Under the pieces are notes generated by a model, which was not told the DNA's origin, did not search any database, and saw nothing but the letters and a program-made list of their open reading frames with translations. Below, piece by piece: positions 20,236-29,299 of a stretch of DNA of 64,000 nucleotides (position 1 is the stretch's first letter; each line of letters opens with the position of its first letter). The translations under genes and the position numbers were made by a program. Source of the DNA: an uncultured Cytophagales bacterium (GTDB taxonomy: Bacteria > Bacteroidota > Bacteroidia > Cytophagales > JAAEPT01); the NCBI GenBank assembly GCA_964511645.1, contig CAZEGV010000005.1:1157-65156 (forward strand). The letters run 5' to 3'.

Positions 20236-21891
20236 CTAATCGAATCCCAACAATTCTTTGGCGATATTAAGTGCCGATTCGCTGGCATTGTCTCCACTCA
20301 TCATTTTTGCGAGTTCTTGTACTCTTTCTTGTTTGTCTAATTGTTTCATCAGCGAGATTGTTTTGGCTGATGAGTGATCTTTATAAATATAATAATGCTG
20401 TTGCCCTTTAGCAGCTATCTGTGGCAGGTGAGTGATGATAATAAGTTGATGAGACTGAGCCATTTTCCTCATCATCTCTCCCATTTTAAGTGCTACATCT
20501 CCACTAATTCCTGTATCTATCTCGTCAAAGATAATGGTTGGCATCTGCTGATGCTCGGCAGCAAGTAGTTTAAGGGTAAACATAAGCCTCGAAAATTCTC
20601 CTCCAGAAGCTACTTGATGAATTGGGGCTAATTGAGAACCCTTATTGGCTGAAAATAAAAATTGAATATCATCGCAACCAAAAGCAGTAAACCCTTCTGT
20701 TTTATCTTGTTTAACTTCTAACTCTGCATTTTCCATCCCAAGATTTTGCAATAAACCTACTACCCTATTTTGTAAATCAGGGATACATTTTTTACGCTCT
20801 TCACTAAGCTGAGCAGATAATTGAACCAAATATTTTTCTACTTCTTTTAATTCTTTTTGTAATGATATAATTTCTTTATCTACACTCCCTAATTGCTGTA
20901 CTTTTTCAGCAATTTCTTCATGCTTTTGCAACAAAAGACTCACATCTATTACTTGATGTTTGACTAGTAATTTGTTAATCGCATCAACTCTTTCTTTTAT
21001 TTCAAAAGCTTTTTCATTGTCATAAATTAAGTTATCATTAGTATTTCCTAGCTCTAAAGATAAGTCTTGGGATTCAATCAATAATGAATTTAATCGCTCA
21101 TACAAATCTTGGTACTCCTTATACTCATTGATGTATTTTGAATTGGCTAATACTTGCTGTAACGTTGCTACAACACCATATTGTTCATCTTCCAAAGATT
21201 GAACGACTTGGCTTAATGAGTTTTTAATTTCTTCTGTTCCTTCTATTTTTTTTAGCTTTTCTTCTAAGTCAGAATCTGTATCAGGGTTTAAGCTTAGCTC
21301 TTCAAATTCATTTAATAAAAAGTTATAATAATCAGCGTCTTGAGTCATTTGAGCTTGCTGACTTTCTAAAATATTCAGTTTTTTATTTAACTGGGTAAAG
21401 TTGGTGTATTGTTTTGAATAAGACGACAATAATCCGTTTGTTTCAGCAAACCCATCTAAGATTTTAAGCTGAAATTGGGCTTTTTTTAATAATAATGTTT
21501 CATGCTGAGAGTGCACGTCCAACAGTAGGACAGAAAGATGTTTTAGAAAATTTAATTTAACGGGGCTGTCATTGACAAATGCTCTTGATTTACCTGAAGG
21601 GGCTATTTCTCTTCTTACAATTAGCTCTGCTTCTACTTCTATATCTTGAGAGAAGAGTAATTCATTTACTTGATTAGTATACTCACAAAACAAGCCTTCT
21701 ATCACACATTTTGTATCGTCATTGAGTAAAGTCTTCGTATCTGCTCTAGCTCCCATAAGCAACCCTACCGCTCCAAGCATTATGGATTTTCCTGCTCCTG
21801 TCTCTCCTGTCACAACATTCATTCCACCAGCAGGACTCAAATGAAGCTTATCTATTAAAACATAGTTAGAGATGTGTAAATCTTTGAGCAT
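20236..21891 (-). CDS. recN: DNA repair protein RecN
   Basis: 551 aa with Walker A VVTGETGAGKSI, a long coiled-coil middle, the SMC signature ASGGEFSRLMF and Walker B IIFDEIDTGISG. Confidence 0.93.
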   Translation of the reverse strand: MLKDLHISNYVLIDKLHLSPAGGMNVVTGETGAGKSIMLGAVGLLMGARADTKTLLNDDTKCVIEGLFCEYTNQVNELLFSQDIEVEAELIVRREIAPSGKSRAFVNDSPVKLNFLKHLSVLLLDVHSQHETLLLKKAQFQLKILDGFAETNGLLSSYSKQYTNFTQLNKKLNILESQQAQMTQDADYYNFLLNEFEELSLNPDTDSDLEEKLKKIEGTEEIKNSLSQVVQSLEDEQYGVVATLQQVLANSKYINEYKEYQDLYERLNSLLIESQDLSLELGNTNDNLIYDNEKAFEIKERVDAINKLLVKHQVIDVSLLLQKHEEIAEKVQQLGSVDKEIISLQKELKEVEKYLVQLSAQLSEERKKCIPDLQNRVVGLLQNLGMENAELEVKQDKTEGFTAFGCDDIQFLFSANKGSQLAPIHQVASGGEFSRLMFTLKLLAAEHQQMPTIIFDEIDTGISGDVALKMGEMMRKMAQSHQLIIITHLPQIAAKGQQHYYIYKDHSSAKTISLMKQLDKQERVQELAKMMSGDNASESALNIAKELLGFD

Positions 21892-22106
21892 TATACCGAG
21901 TAAATAATTTCATCTATAATAGAAATGTCAAGATGATGTTTGTTCCCTAACATATTACGAATTGTCAATATATTGCTTTTTATTTCTATAAAAACTCCAT
22001 GATATACTTGTGCAGATATCATCACCACATCTAATTCTCTATTAATTAAATCAGAGCTTGTGGCTATTATATCTTTCTTAGCAATTCTAATCAAGCGTCT
22101 TCCCAT
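21891..22106 (-). CDS. Hypothetical small protein (71 aa)
   Basis: The ORF starts 2 nt after the DUF4835 stop and its stop overlaps the recN ATG, which is operon-like packing. No motif was recognised. Confidence 0.35.
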   Translation of the reverse strand: MGRRLIRIAKKDIIATSSDLINRELDVVMISAQVYHGVFIEIKSNILTIRNMLGNKHHLDISIIDEIIYSV

Positions 22107-22108
22107 CT

Positions 22109-23023
22109 CTAATTCCTGACAATTTCTTGGTACCTTTCTGTGTTAGCGGGATCTACACTACGCAAAATATTGTAAACATCAGATTTTTCTTTTGAAGTTT
22201 TTAAGCCTTTAAAAATAAGAATGAATTCATCTCTTTTTGCTTTAAACATTCCTTCTATATAAATACTAATAGGTACAACTTGTCTTGTTTCTTGTAATGC
22301 TTTTATAAATGCTATGGCTTGTTGTTGAGATTCTTTTGGCTTATCTTCAAAAACATCCATCCCCAACCTATGGTATTGATAGTAAGCAATACGTGCTTTC
22401 TCTACTTGAGGGCTATTGGTTTGGTTCATCAAGCCCCAACGATTATTAGGATCTTTACCATTAAGCCAACCATCCGAAATACCCTGTGGCACTGCATTTA
22501 AAACATTTCGTGCAATGTCAAAATAGCTTGTACCACCCAACTCCGAAAAAGAATCATAATCATAACCTATAATCATATACGCATAAAAGGAAAGTATTGA
22601 AGTGAGGTTATTTGTGTAAGCATTTTGATTAAAAAACAAGGTTTGACCTGCTCTATATTCAAAACTTACATATTTATCAAAAAAAGAAAAAGTAGGTGTT
22701 TCGTAACCTGAATTATAAACTGGTCGAACAGACTGTATCTGAGCCGTCCCTGAATAAACTCCTTTGTTTACATCTCCTTGGGACAACTGAATAACGATAC
22801 TACAATCTATTTTTTCGTGAGATTGAAATTCGTCTTCGGTCCATTGTTGGTCATTAATAAACCGCTGAAGGTTTTGTTGCATTTCTACAAATACTTGCTT
22901 CTCTTGTGTCTGCACTTGATCAGCATCAATTATTACTTTGCAATTGAGCTCTTGAGCTGTAGCAATTACAGTAAAAAAAAGAAAAATATTACACAGTATT
23001 TTTTTGAAAAATCTTAATGACAT
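22109..23023 (-). CDS. DUF4835 family protein (PorD-like, T9SS-associated)
   Basis: 304 aa with a signal peptide then QELNCKVIIDADQVQTQEKQVFVEMQQNLQRFINDQQW, as recalled for DUF4835. It holds the conserved position between coaBC and recN in Bacteroidota. Confidence 0.7.
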   Translation of the reverse strand: MSLRFFKKILCNIFLFFTVIATAQELNCKVIIDADQVQTQEKQVFVEMQQNLQRFINDQQWTEDEFQSHEKIDCSIVIQLSQGDVNKGVYSGTAQIQSVRPVYNSGYETPTFSFFDKYVSFEYRAGQTLFFNQNAYTNNLTSILSFYAYMIIGYDYDSFSELGGTSYFDIARNVLNAVPQGISDGWLNGKDPNNRWGLMNQTNSPQVEKARIAYYQYHRLGMDVFEDKPKESQQQAIAFIKALQETRQVVPISIYIEGMFKAKRDEFILIFKGLKTSKEKSDVYNILRSVDPANTERYQEIVRN

Positions 23024-23645
23024 GTTTTACAATATCTTTAGCTACTTCTGTTTTAGCCTTAGCTTCAAACTCTAATTTATTTTCTTTGTCTAAAATAGTA
23101 ATTTTATTATTATCCCCACCAAAACAAGTGTCTTTATTCTGCATAGAATTTAACACAACAAAGTCTAAATTTTTACTAATTAACTTTTTTCGGGCGTTTT
23201 CTTCTTCGTTATTAGTTTCTAAAGCAAATCCCACAGCTATTTGTGACTCCTTTTTACTTTCCCCAATTGTTTTGGCAATGTCAATTGTTTTTTTTAGCTC
23301 TATACTAAAAGTGTCCTTTTTCTTTTTTATTTTTTGAGAGGCTACAGTTATTGGCGTATAATCAGCCACTGCCGCCGCTAATATATAAGCATCCATTTGA
23401 TCAATATGACGCTCTACGGCTTCATACATTTCTTGAGCTGAGGTTACCTCCTCTATTTTAGCATTTTGGTTAGGCTTCAAGCAAGTTGGACCTGTTACTA
23501 AAATCACCTCTGCTCCTTCTTCTATTAGGCTATCTACAATAGCATACCCCATCTTCCCAGATGAGTGATTACCGATATAACGTACTGGGTCTATTGCTTC
23601 CTGCGTAGGTCCTGCTGTTACTAAGACCTTTTTTCCTTCTAGCAT
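22989..23645 (-). CDS. coaB: Phosphopantothenate-cysteine ligase (CoaB half of a split coaBC)
   Basis: 218 aa starting MLEGKKVLVTAGPTQEAIDPVRYIGNHSSGKMG, the canonical start of the CoaB domain. Its ATG overlaps the coaC stop (ATGCTAG). Confidence 0.85.
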   Translation of the reverse strand: MLEGKKVLVTAGPTQEAIDPVRYIGNHSSGKMGYAIVDSLIEEGAEVILVTGPTCLKPNQNAKIEEVTSAQEMYEAVERHIDQMDAYILAAAVADYTPITVASQKIKKKKDTFSIELKKTIDIAKTIGESKKESQIAVGFALETNNEEENARKKLISKNLDFVVLNSMQNKDTCFGGDNNKITILDKENKLEFEAKAKTEVAKDIVKHVIKIFQKNTV

Positions 23646-24172
23646 TTCTCTCTTTTCAAATAAGCTAAAATATCTTCTGGTTCTGCCATTCGACCTCTAC
23701 CATTTAGCCCAGAGGCTAGTTCTCCTTCCTGAGCGTCTATGAGCTCATTTCCGTAAGATTGGATTTTAGCTAAATTATTTTGAGTAGATGGATGAATATA
23801 CATATCTAAATCCATTGCTGGTGCAACCACTACTGGACATCTTGTCGATAAGTAAGTAGCTAATAACAAATTATCACAAAGTCCATTTGCCATTTTGGCT
23901 AAAGTATTAGCAGTAAGCGGTGCTATAAGCATCACATCTGCCCACAGTCCTAGTTCTACATGATTATTCCACTGCCCATTAGTAGATTCAAAATTTGTGT
24001 AAACGGGGTTTTTAGATAAGGTTGAAAGCGTTAAAGGAGTTATAAAAGAGGTAGATGATTTGCTCATCACAATACGTACTTCCCAACCTTCTTTGACCAT
24101 AAGCCTAGTAAGGTGGGCTATTTTGTATGCCGCGATACTTCCACAAACTCCTATAAGTACTTTCTTCTTCAC
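23639..24172 (-). CDS. coaC: Phosphopantothenoylcysteine decarboxylase flavoprotein (CoaC half of a split coaBC)
   Basis: 177 aa with the flavoprotein fold start KVLIGVCGSIAAYK and PAMDLDMY ... GELASGLNGRGRMAEPEDI. It ends exactly at the normal interdomain linker. Confidence 0.85.
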   Translation of the reverse strand: MKKKVLIGVCGSIAAYKIAHLTRLMVKEGWEVRIVMSKSSTSFITPLTLSTLSKNPVYTNFESTNGQWNNHVELGLWADVMLIAPLTANTLAKMANGLCDNLLLATYLSTRCPVVVAPAMDLDMYIHPSTQNNLAKIQSYGNELIDAQEGELASGLNGRGRMAEPEDILAYLKREKC

Positions 24173-24176
24173 CTGG

Positions 24177-24485
24177 CTATCCTTCGATATTCTCGCGTTG
24201 ACGTACCATTACTTTATCATCCATAAATTCCATCAAAGCTACCATTGGTGGTTTTGGAAGACGTTCGTAATATCTTGAAATTTCGATTTGTTCTCTGTTT
24301 TCAAAAATTTCTTCTAAATTATCAACAGTAGAAGCAAATTCAGCTAATTTTGCATTCAAATCATCTTTTGTTTTTACTGCAATTTGGTTAGATCGTTGTG
24401 CTACAACTTTGATAGACTTATAGATATTACCTGATTTATCGGCAAGCTCACTAAGGTTACGAGTAACAATTGATGCTTTCTTCAT
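24177..24485 (-). CDS. rpoZ: DNA-directed RNA polymerase subunit omega (Bacteroidetes type)
   Basis: 102 aa. NIYKSIKVVAQRSNQI and LEEIFENREQIEISRYYERLPKP match the recalled flavobacterial RpoZ pattern, and the position between bamD and coaBC is conserved. Confidence 0.75.
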   Translation of the reverse strand: MKKASIVTRNLSELADKSGNIYKSIKVVAQRSNQIAVKTKDDLNAKLAEFASTVDNLEEIFENREQIEISRYYERLPKPPMVALMEFMDDKVMVRQRENIEG

Positions 24486-24492
24486 GACTATT

Positions 24493-25341
24493 TTATTTAT
24501 TTTGGATATTTTCTAGTTCAGTTTCTATTTGCTTAAACAGTTGCTCTGCTTCTTGCAAATATCCACTATTAGGGTATTTACGAACAAAATCATAGTAAAA
24601 TGTTTTACCATCATTTAGCCTGTCTTTTTTTAGATAATGTGTTTTTCCATTTTTAACTAATCGTTCAACACTTCTTTTTGCAAAAAAACGTTGGGCTTTG
24701 AGTTTTAAAAAGTTCAATTCTTCGTTATATTCAGAACTAGGGTAATCCAACACAAAATCAGTAAAAGAAAGCACTGCTGCACGATAATGCTCTATCTTGT
24801 AATTTAATTTGGCTATTCTGTATGCTTTATTTTCTAATTTTTTGATTAACGATTCAATTTTCTCGCTACACTCTTTTTTATTTTCCGTATCTGGATATTG
24901 GTTCAAAAAACGCTGTAAAGCATTCATTGCCTTAAATGTATTGGTTTGATCCAATTCTATCTCTGGAGAAAGCGCGTAGAGGGTTTTAGCATACATAAAC
25001 ATTGCATCTTCTACCTTTTCGCTACGAGGGTATTTTTCGTAAAAACGCCTAAATCCATCAGAGGCATACACCAAACTTCCTTCATAATAATTGCAATAAG
25101 CATTCATCAAGTGAATCTCTTTTGCCTCTGGTCTACCAGCACTATAAGCAATAATGTCTTCAAACAAATATCCTGCACGATAATAGTTTTTTTCTTGAAA
25201 ATATTTTTCAGCAGCTGAATATTTTTCTTCAAAAGTCCCTTTACGCTGTATTCTTCCAAAATCGGAGCAAGCCGAAAACAGTAGTAATAGTACAAAAATA
25301 CCGTGTATACGCATTTTTTTCATAAGCTGACAAAGATACAA
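24493..25341 (-). CDS. bamD: Outer membrane protein assembly factor BamD (TPR lipoprotein)
   Basis: It has the lipobox LLLLFSAC, TPR-like repeats and conserved synteny. The true start is probably MKKMRIHG (about 25323). Confidence 0.72.
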   Translation of the reverse strand: MYLCQLMKKMRIHGIFVLLLLFSACSDFGRIQRKGTFEEKYSAAEKYFQEKNYYRAGYLFEDIIAYSAGRPEAKEIHLMNAYCNYYEGSLVYASDGFRRFYEKYPRSEKVEDAMFMYAKTLYALSPEIELDQTNTFKAMNALQRFLNQYPDTENKKECSEKIESLIKKLENKAYRIAKLNYKIEHYRAAVLSFTDFVLDYPSSEYNEELNFLKLKAQRFFAKRSVERLVKNGKTHYLKKDRLNDGKTFYYDFVRKYPNSGYLQEAEQLFKQIETELENIQNK

Positions 25342-25368
25342 GATTAGTTAGTCATTATCAAACGCTTT

Positions 25369-26925
25369 TTACTTCTTAGTATTGCGATCAAAGGAAGATA
25401 AAAAGAGAGAGATCTTTGGACGAACGGACTCCATCCACTTAAAACCCGACAAATGGCTTGATTCTTCGGTCAATTGTGAGGGTGGGATAAAGCGAGCATC
25501 TGGTGTGGTCAAGAAAAGAATATTATCAACCTCTCCTTCTTTCATGAAAATATTCATCTCTCCGCATTCAATTTTATTAATTCCCATCAATTCCCCATCA
25601 TCATCCTTGGCATAATAAATAGATTCTCCGTTTTTGCTCACGTCTACTTGTACCATTTTTCCGTCCTCAAAGAATCCAATCAAATTTTTCCCTTTTACCT
25701 GATTGTACTCCGTTTTGGTTTTATCTTCCGAAATAACAAAAGCATTTACATTAGCATGTAAGCTTTTAATCCCATTCCCCTCTAAAACCACATAAATAGT
25801 ATCCGCTGTGATTTGACTTCCTCCACTCCATAATACTGGATGATTATAAAAATTTAAGACTGAATCAGTAGTCACATAAGCCATAGAATCGCACTTTCCT
25901 TGTAGACTTCCTTTCAAAAAAGAAACATTGTCATAAGCATAAATTTGATTGGATTTATTCAATGTGTCTTCTATGCTAATTAAAGTATCTGCCTTAAGAA
26001 ATGTAGTATCTCCTCCCGAAATTTGACGCATAACAGGATTCCCTATTATTTTAGACTTAAACTCCTTTCCCCATCTAAACATTTCGTCCCCCGTAATCGT
26101 AACTGAATCTTTATACGAAAACAGAAAAGCATTGTCTTTGGCATATCCAAAGTCTTTTTCATTGTCAAAAAAAATGCTATCTCCTTCCAAATAAAATGTA
26201 GGAGTTTTAATCCAAGCATTTTCCTTAAATGCTGCAGTTTCTGTTTTGGTATTGTAAATCCCTGACTCCGCATAAAGCTGACGATTTCCTGTCGTTATAT
26301 TTGTAGGTCCGTAAAAATAAGCATTCTGTGTTTTGGCAACATAACGCAAAGTATCAGTATTAAGTACTTGATTGTTACGATTGAGAACTACATTTTTCTT
26401 AAAATGGTAATTACCTGAATAACGATAAAAAGTCCCGCCTTCACTTGTGAGTGTAGTTCCTTTATCTACTACCTTTCCTCCACCAAAATAAGAGGCCACA
26501 CCAGACCCAAAATTATAGTCTAAGTTATCCGTTGTTAAAGTCATACTCTTACCATCTCTTAGCCGTACATTTTTACGAATATAACTTTGCTTAGAGTTAC
26601 CATCATATTCTAAAAAATCACCATAAACATCCAGTTTTTTACTTTTGACATGCACATGCCCAAAAGCAACTAAGGTATTTGCTTTGTCCAAATAATACGC
26701 CGAATCACACCAAATAACAGTCGTCCCTTGCTTGAGTTTAACATTCCCGATCAATTTACTTACTTTTTTACCTCGGTACATACCAGAAGTAAGCTTCTTT
26801 GCATTTTTGATTTGCATTTTACTCCCCTGCCCATACGCCAGCGAAATAAAAAGAATAAAAAGGCTCGATATAAATATTTTTTGTTTCAAGTGTTTCGCTG
26901 TATGTTTGCAGGTGTAGTGTAGCAA
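25369..26925 (-). CDS. OstA/LptA-like domain-containing periplasmic protein
   Basis: 518 aa with a signal peptide and a repetitive beta-jellyroll-like sequence with OstA-like N-terminal blocks (IKNAKKLTS...GNVKLKQGTTVIWCDSAYY). The assignment is from recalled family features only. Confidence 0.5.
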   Translation of the reverse strand: MLHYTCKHTAKHLKQKIFISSLFILFISLAYGQGSKMQIKNAKKLTSGMYRGKKVSKLIGNVKLKQGTTVIWCDSAYYLDKANTLVAFGHVHVKSKKLDVYGDFLEYDGNSKQSYIRKNVRLRDGKSMTLTTDNLDYNFGSGVASYFGGGKVVDKGTTLTSEGGTFYRYSGNYHFKKNVVLNRNNQVLNTDTLRYVAKTQNAYFYGPTNITTGNRQLYAESGIYNTKTETAAFKENAWIKTPTFYLEGDSIFFDNEKDFGYAKDNAFLFSYKDSVTITGDEMFRWGKEFKSKIIGNPVMRQISGGDTTFLKADTLISIEDTLNKSNQIYAYDNVSFLKGSLQGKCDSMAYVTTDSVLNFYNHPVLWSGGSQITADTIYVVLEGNGIKSLHANVNAFVISEDKTKTEYNQVKGKNLIGFFEDGKMVQVDVSKNGESIYYAKDDDGELMGINKIECGEMNIFMKEGEVDNILFLTTPDARFIPPSQLTEESSHLSGFKWMESVRPKISLFLSSFDRNTKK

Positions 26926-26954
26926 ATTTGATGCAAATTACATAAATTTCAGTC

Positions 26955-28262
26955 GTGGTACTTATAAGAGTAAAAGAAAATATTGAAAAATTTTCATTAC
27001 AGCCTCAAGACAAAGTTCTTTTGGCAATAAGTGGTGGTGTAGATTCCATGGTATTGGTTGATGTCTTTCGGCGGTTAAACCTAAATATTGGTATCGCTCA
27101 CTGTAATTTTTCTCTGCGAGGAGAAGAATCTGACAAAGATGAAGAGCTTGTTATCGCTTACGCTAAAAGGCACAATACACCTATTCATCACATTAGGTTT
27201 GACACAAAAAAAGAAGCGAATAGATTAAAACTTTCCACCCAACTTACAGCCCGAAAACTACGATACAATTGGTTTTCTGAAATAAAAGAAAAACACAATT
27301 ACACCTATCTTGCTACTGCACATCACCTAGACGATCAATTAGAGACCTTTATCTTCAACCTATCTAGAGGGACAGGCATTAGTGGTTTACGAGCGATGCT
27401 TCCTCTCAACAATGGACTTATCAGACCTTTACTTAATGTCTCTAAAGATGAGGTTTACGCTTACGCTAAAAAAGAAAGTATCAACTGGAGGGAGGACAAA
27501 TCTAACACAAAGGATAAATACAGTAGAAATTATATCCGACATCAAATTACACCCAAACTAAAAGAGCTCAATCCAAACTTACTCAACACTTTTAACACTA
27601 CTATAAGTAGGCTTCTTGCTACCGAAAACATTTACAAAAAAGCAATTCAAAAAGACATAAGCAAACTATTTGATGGCAATCAAATCAGTATTTTAGAGTT
27701 GGGAAAACATATTGAGCCTTTACAGTTATTGTATGAAATTTTAAAATTATACCACTTTAGTTATGCTGATTGTCAAGCCATTTACAGTAAACTAAGCGAG
27801 CCTAAAGGACAGTTGTTTTATAGTAAAAGTCACCAAGTCAATATAGACAGGACACACCTATACCTCAGCAAGAAAACTATTAAACAAGATTGGGAAATTC
27901 CCCTTAATTTATCAGAAGAGAAAACAAATCTTCCAAATGGGAAGATGATTCATGTCACAAAGATAGATAGACCCAATTCATTCAAAACAGAAAAAAACAC
28001 ATTATACCTAAGCTTAGAAAACACAAACATAAACGTACGAATATGGAAAGAAGGTGATAAAATAAAACCTTTTGGTATGCACGGACAACAAAAAAAAGTA
28101 AGCGATATTCTTATTGATGCAAAAGTGCCTCAAACGTATAAAAAAGATGTACTCGTCTTATTAAGCAACTGCGAGATTATTTGGGTAGTAGGGCATTGTA
28201 GTAGTGAAAGTGTCAGAATTACTGACAGGAAAATTAGTGTTAATTGTATAAAACTGGTCTAG
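26955..28262 (+). CDS. tilS: tRNA(Ile)-lysidine synthetase
   Basis: 435 aa with a GTG start, the PP-loop LLAISGGVDSMVL, HHLDDQLET and a C-terminal TilS domain ...IIWVVGHCSSESVRITD.... Confidence 0.92.
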   Translation: MVLIRVKENIEKFSLQPQDKVLLAISGGVDSMVLVDVFRRLNLNIGIAHCNFSLRGEESDKDEELVIAYAKRHNTPIHHIRFDTKKEANRLKLSTQLTARKLRYNWFSEIKEKHNYTYLATAHHLDDQLETFIFNLSRGTGISGLRAMLPLNNGLIRPLLNVSKDEVYAYAKKESINWREDKSNTKDKYSRNYIRHQITPKLKELNPNLLNTFNTTISRLLATENIYKKAIQKDISKLFDGNQISILELGKHIEPLQLLYEILKLYHFSYADCQAIYSKLSEPKGQLFYSKSHQVNIDRTHLYLSKKTIKQDWEIPLNLSEEKTNLPNGKMIHVTKIDRPNSFKTEKNTLYLSLENTNINVRIWKEGDKIKPFGMHGQQKKVSDILIDAKVPQTYKKDVLVLLSNCEIIWVVGHCSSESVRITDRKISVNCIKLV

Positions 28263-28405
28263 CTTTTACTACGCTCTATTTGTCTTTTTCATTTTTTAGA
28301 CGTATATTTCAAATACTCAAAAAACACAACGATAAAACGTTTGTATGAGCTGTCCCTACTATGGGGAAATAGTTGTATTTTTAAGCTACAGTGGAATAAC
28401 TTATA

Positions 28406-29182
28406 ATGAACGATGAGTATAAAAAAATAATTAAAAATAAGATAATTACCTTTGGGGTCAACTTGGAACAAGAAACATCCATGAAGAAGAAATTGAAAAA
28501 GAAATCAAGACATGTCCCTAAAAAAGTAAGCCAAGCTGTTAAAAAGAGACACCACTTCGAATGTGCATGGTGTGGAATTGGGTTTACTGAAAGGCATCAT
28601 ATTGAAGAATTCTCGCAAGGAGGAGAGCATACAGAGGGAAACTTAATCTTATTATGTCCAATATGTCATAAAAAAGTACATCAAGGTAAAATATCGACAA
28701 GTGAATTGATTACAAGAAAATCTACTCATTTTAAATGCGATCGAATTTCTTCAAATTTCCAATCAACTATGGATAAACTGAAATTCAAGATTGGTGGCAC
28801 CTATTATTTTGACTCAGAGAATTTTTTAACTTACAAGCACGAAAAAGTGTTACATTTCGAAATTCGTGATAACCGATTATTGATTAATCTCAAGTTCTTT
28901 AATAAAAAAGGGGATTTGATTTTTTGGATGTCTGAAAATTATTTCTGGGTTAGTAGTGTCTTTAGTATTAAATCAAAACTGAATATTATTGAAATTAACC
29001 ATAATAAGGAAGAGCTTATTTTTAAGATGGAGAAAATAGATGACTATTTGAAAATTACATTGAAAACCTTTTTAGGTGGTGAGATTTTTGATTTCAATGA
29101 AAATTCGACAAACCTTCTTGGAAATAGATTTCATTTCGAAGGTCATTCTGTAACCTCTAAAGACATCTTTAACATAGGATAG
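28406..29182 (+). CDS. HNH endonuclease-domain protein with an uncharacterised C-terminal domain
   Basis: The HNH core is CAWCGIGFTERHHIEEFSQGGEHTEGNLILLCPICHKKVH (CxxC...HH...N...CxxCH), preceded by a Lys-rich stretch. The C-terminal roughly 150 aa is beta-rich with no recognised motif. An alternative start is ATG 28481 (MKKKLKKK). Confidence 0.8.
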   Translation: MNDEYKKIIKNKIITFGVNLEQETSMKKKLKKKSRHVPKKVSQAVKKRHHFECAWCGIGFTERHHIEEFSQGGEHTEGNLILLCPICHKKVHQGKISTSELITRKSTHFKCDRISSNFQSTMDKLKFKIGGTYYFDSENFLTYKHEKVLHFEIRDNRLLINLKFFNKKGDLIFWMSENYFWVSSVFSIKSKLNIIEINHNKEELIFKMEKIDDYLKITLKTFLGGEIFDFNENSTNLLGNRFHFEGHSVTSKDIFNIG

Positions 29183-29241
29183 CTGAGAATACGTAGAATT
29201 AACAGTAATAAAGAAAACCTTTTAACAACAAGATCGCTAAG

Positions 29242-29293
29242 AAAACTTAGTACTCCCATAATTGCTCTTGCAATTATGGGAGTACTAAGTTTT
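29242..29293. other. Perfect 24-bp inverted repeat hairpin (4-nt loop)
   Basis: AAAACTTAGTACTCCCATAATTGC (29242-29265), loop TCTT, then GCAATTATGGGAGTACTAAGTTTT (29270-29293). The arms are exact reverse complements, and the A4/T4 ends make it terminator-like in both directions. Confidence 0.85.
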
Positions 29294-29299
29294 AATAAT

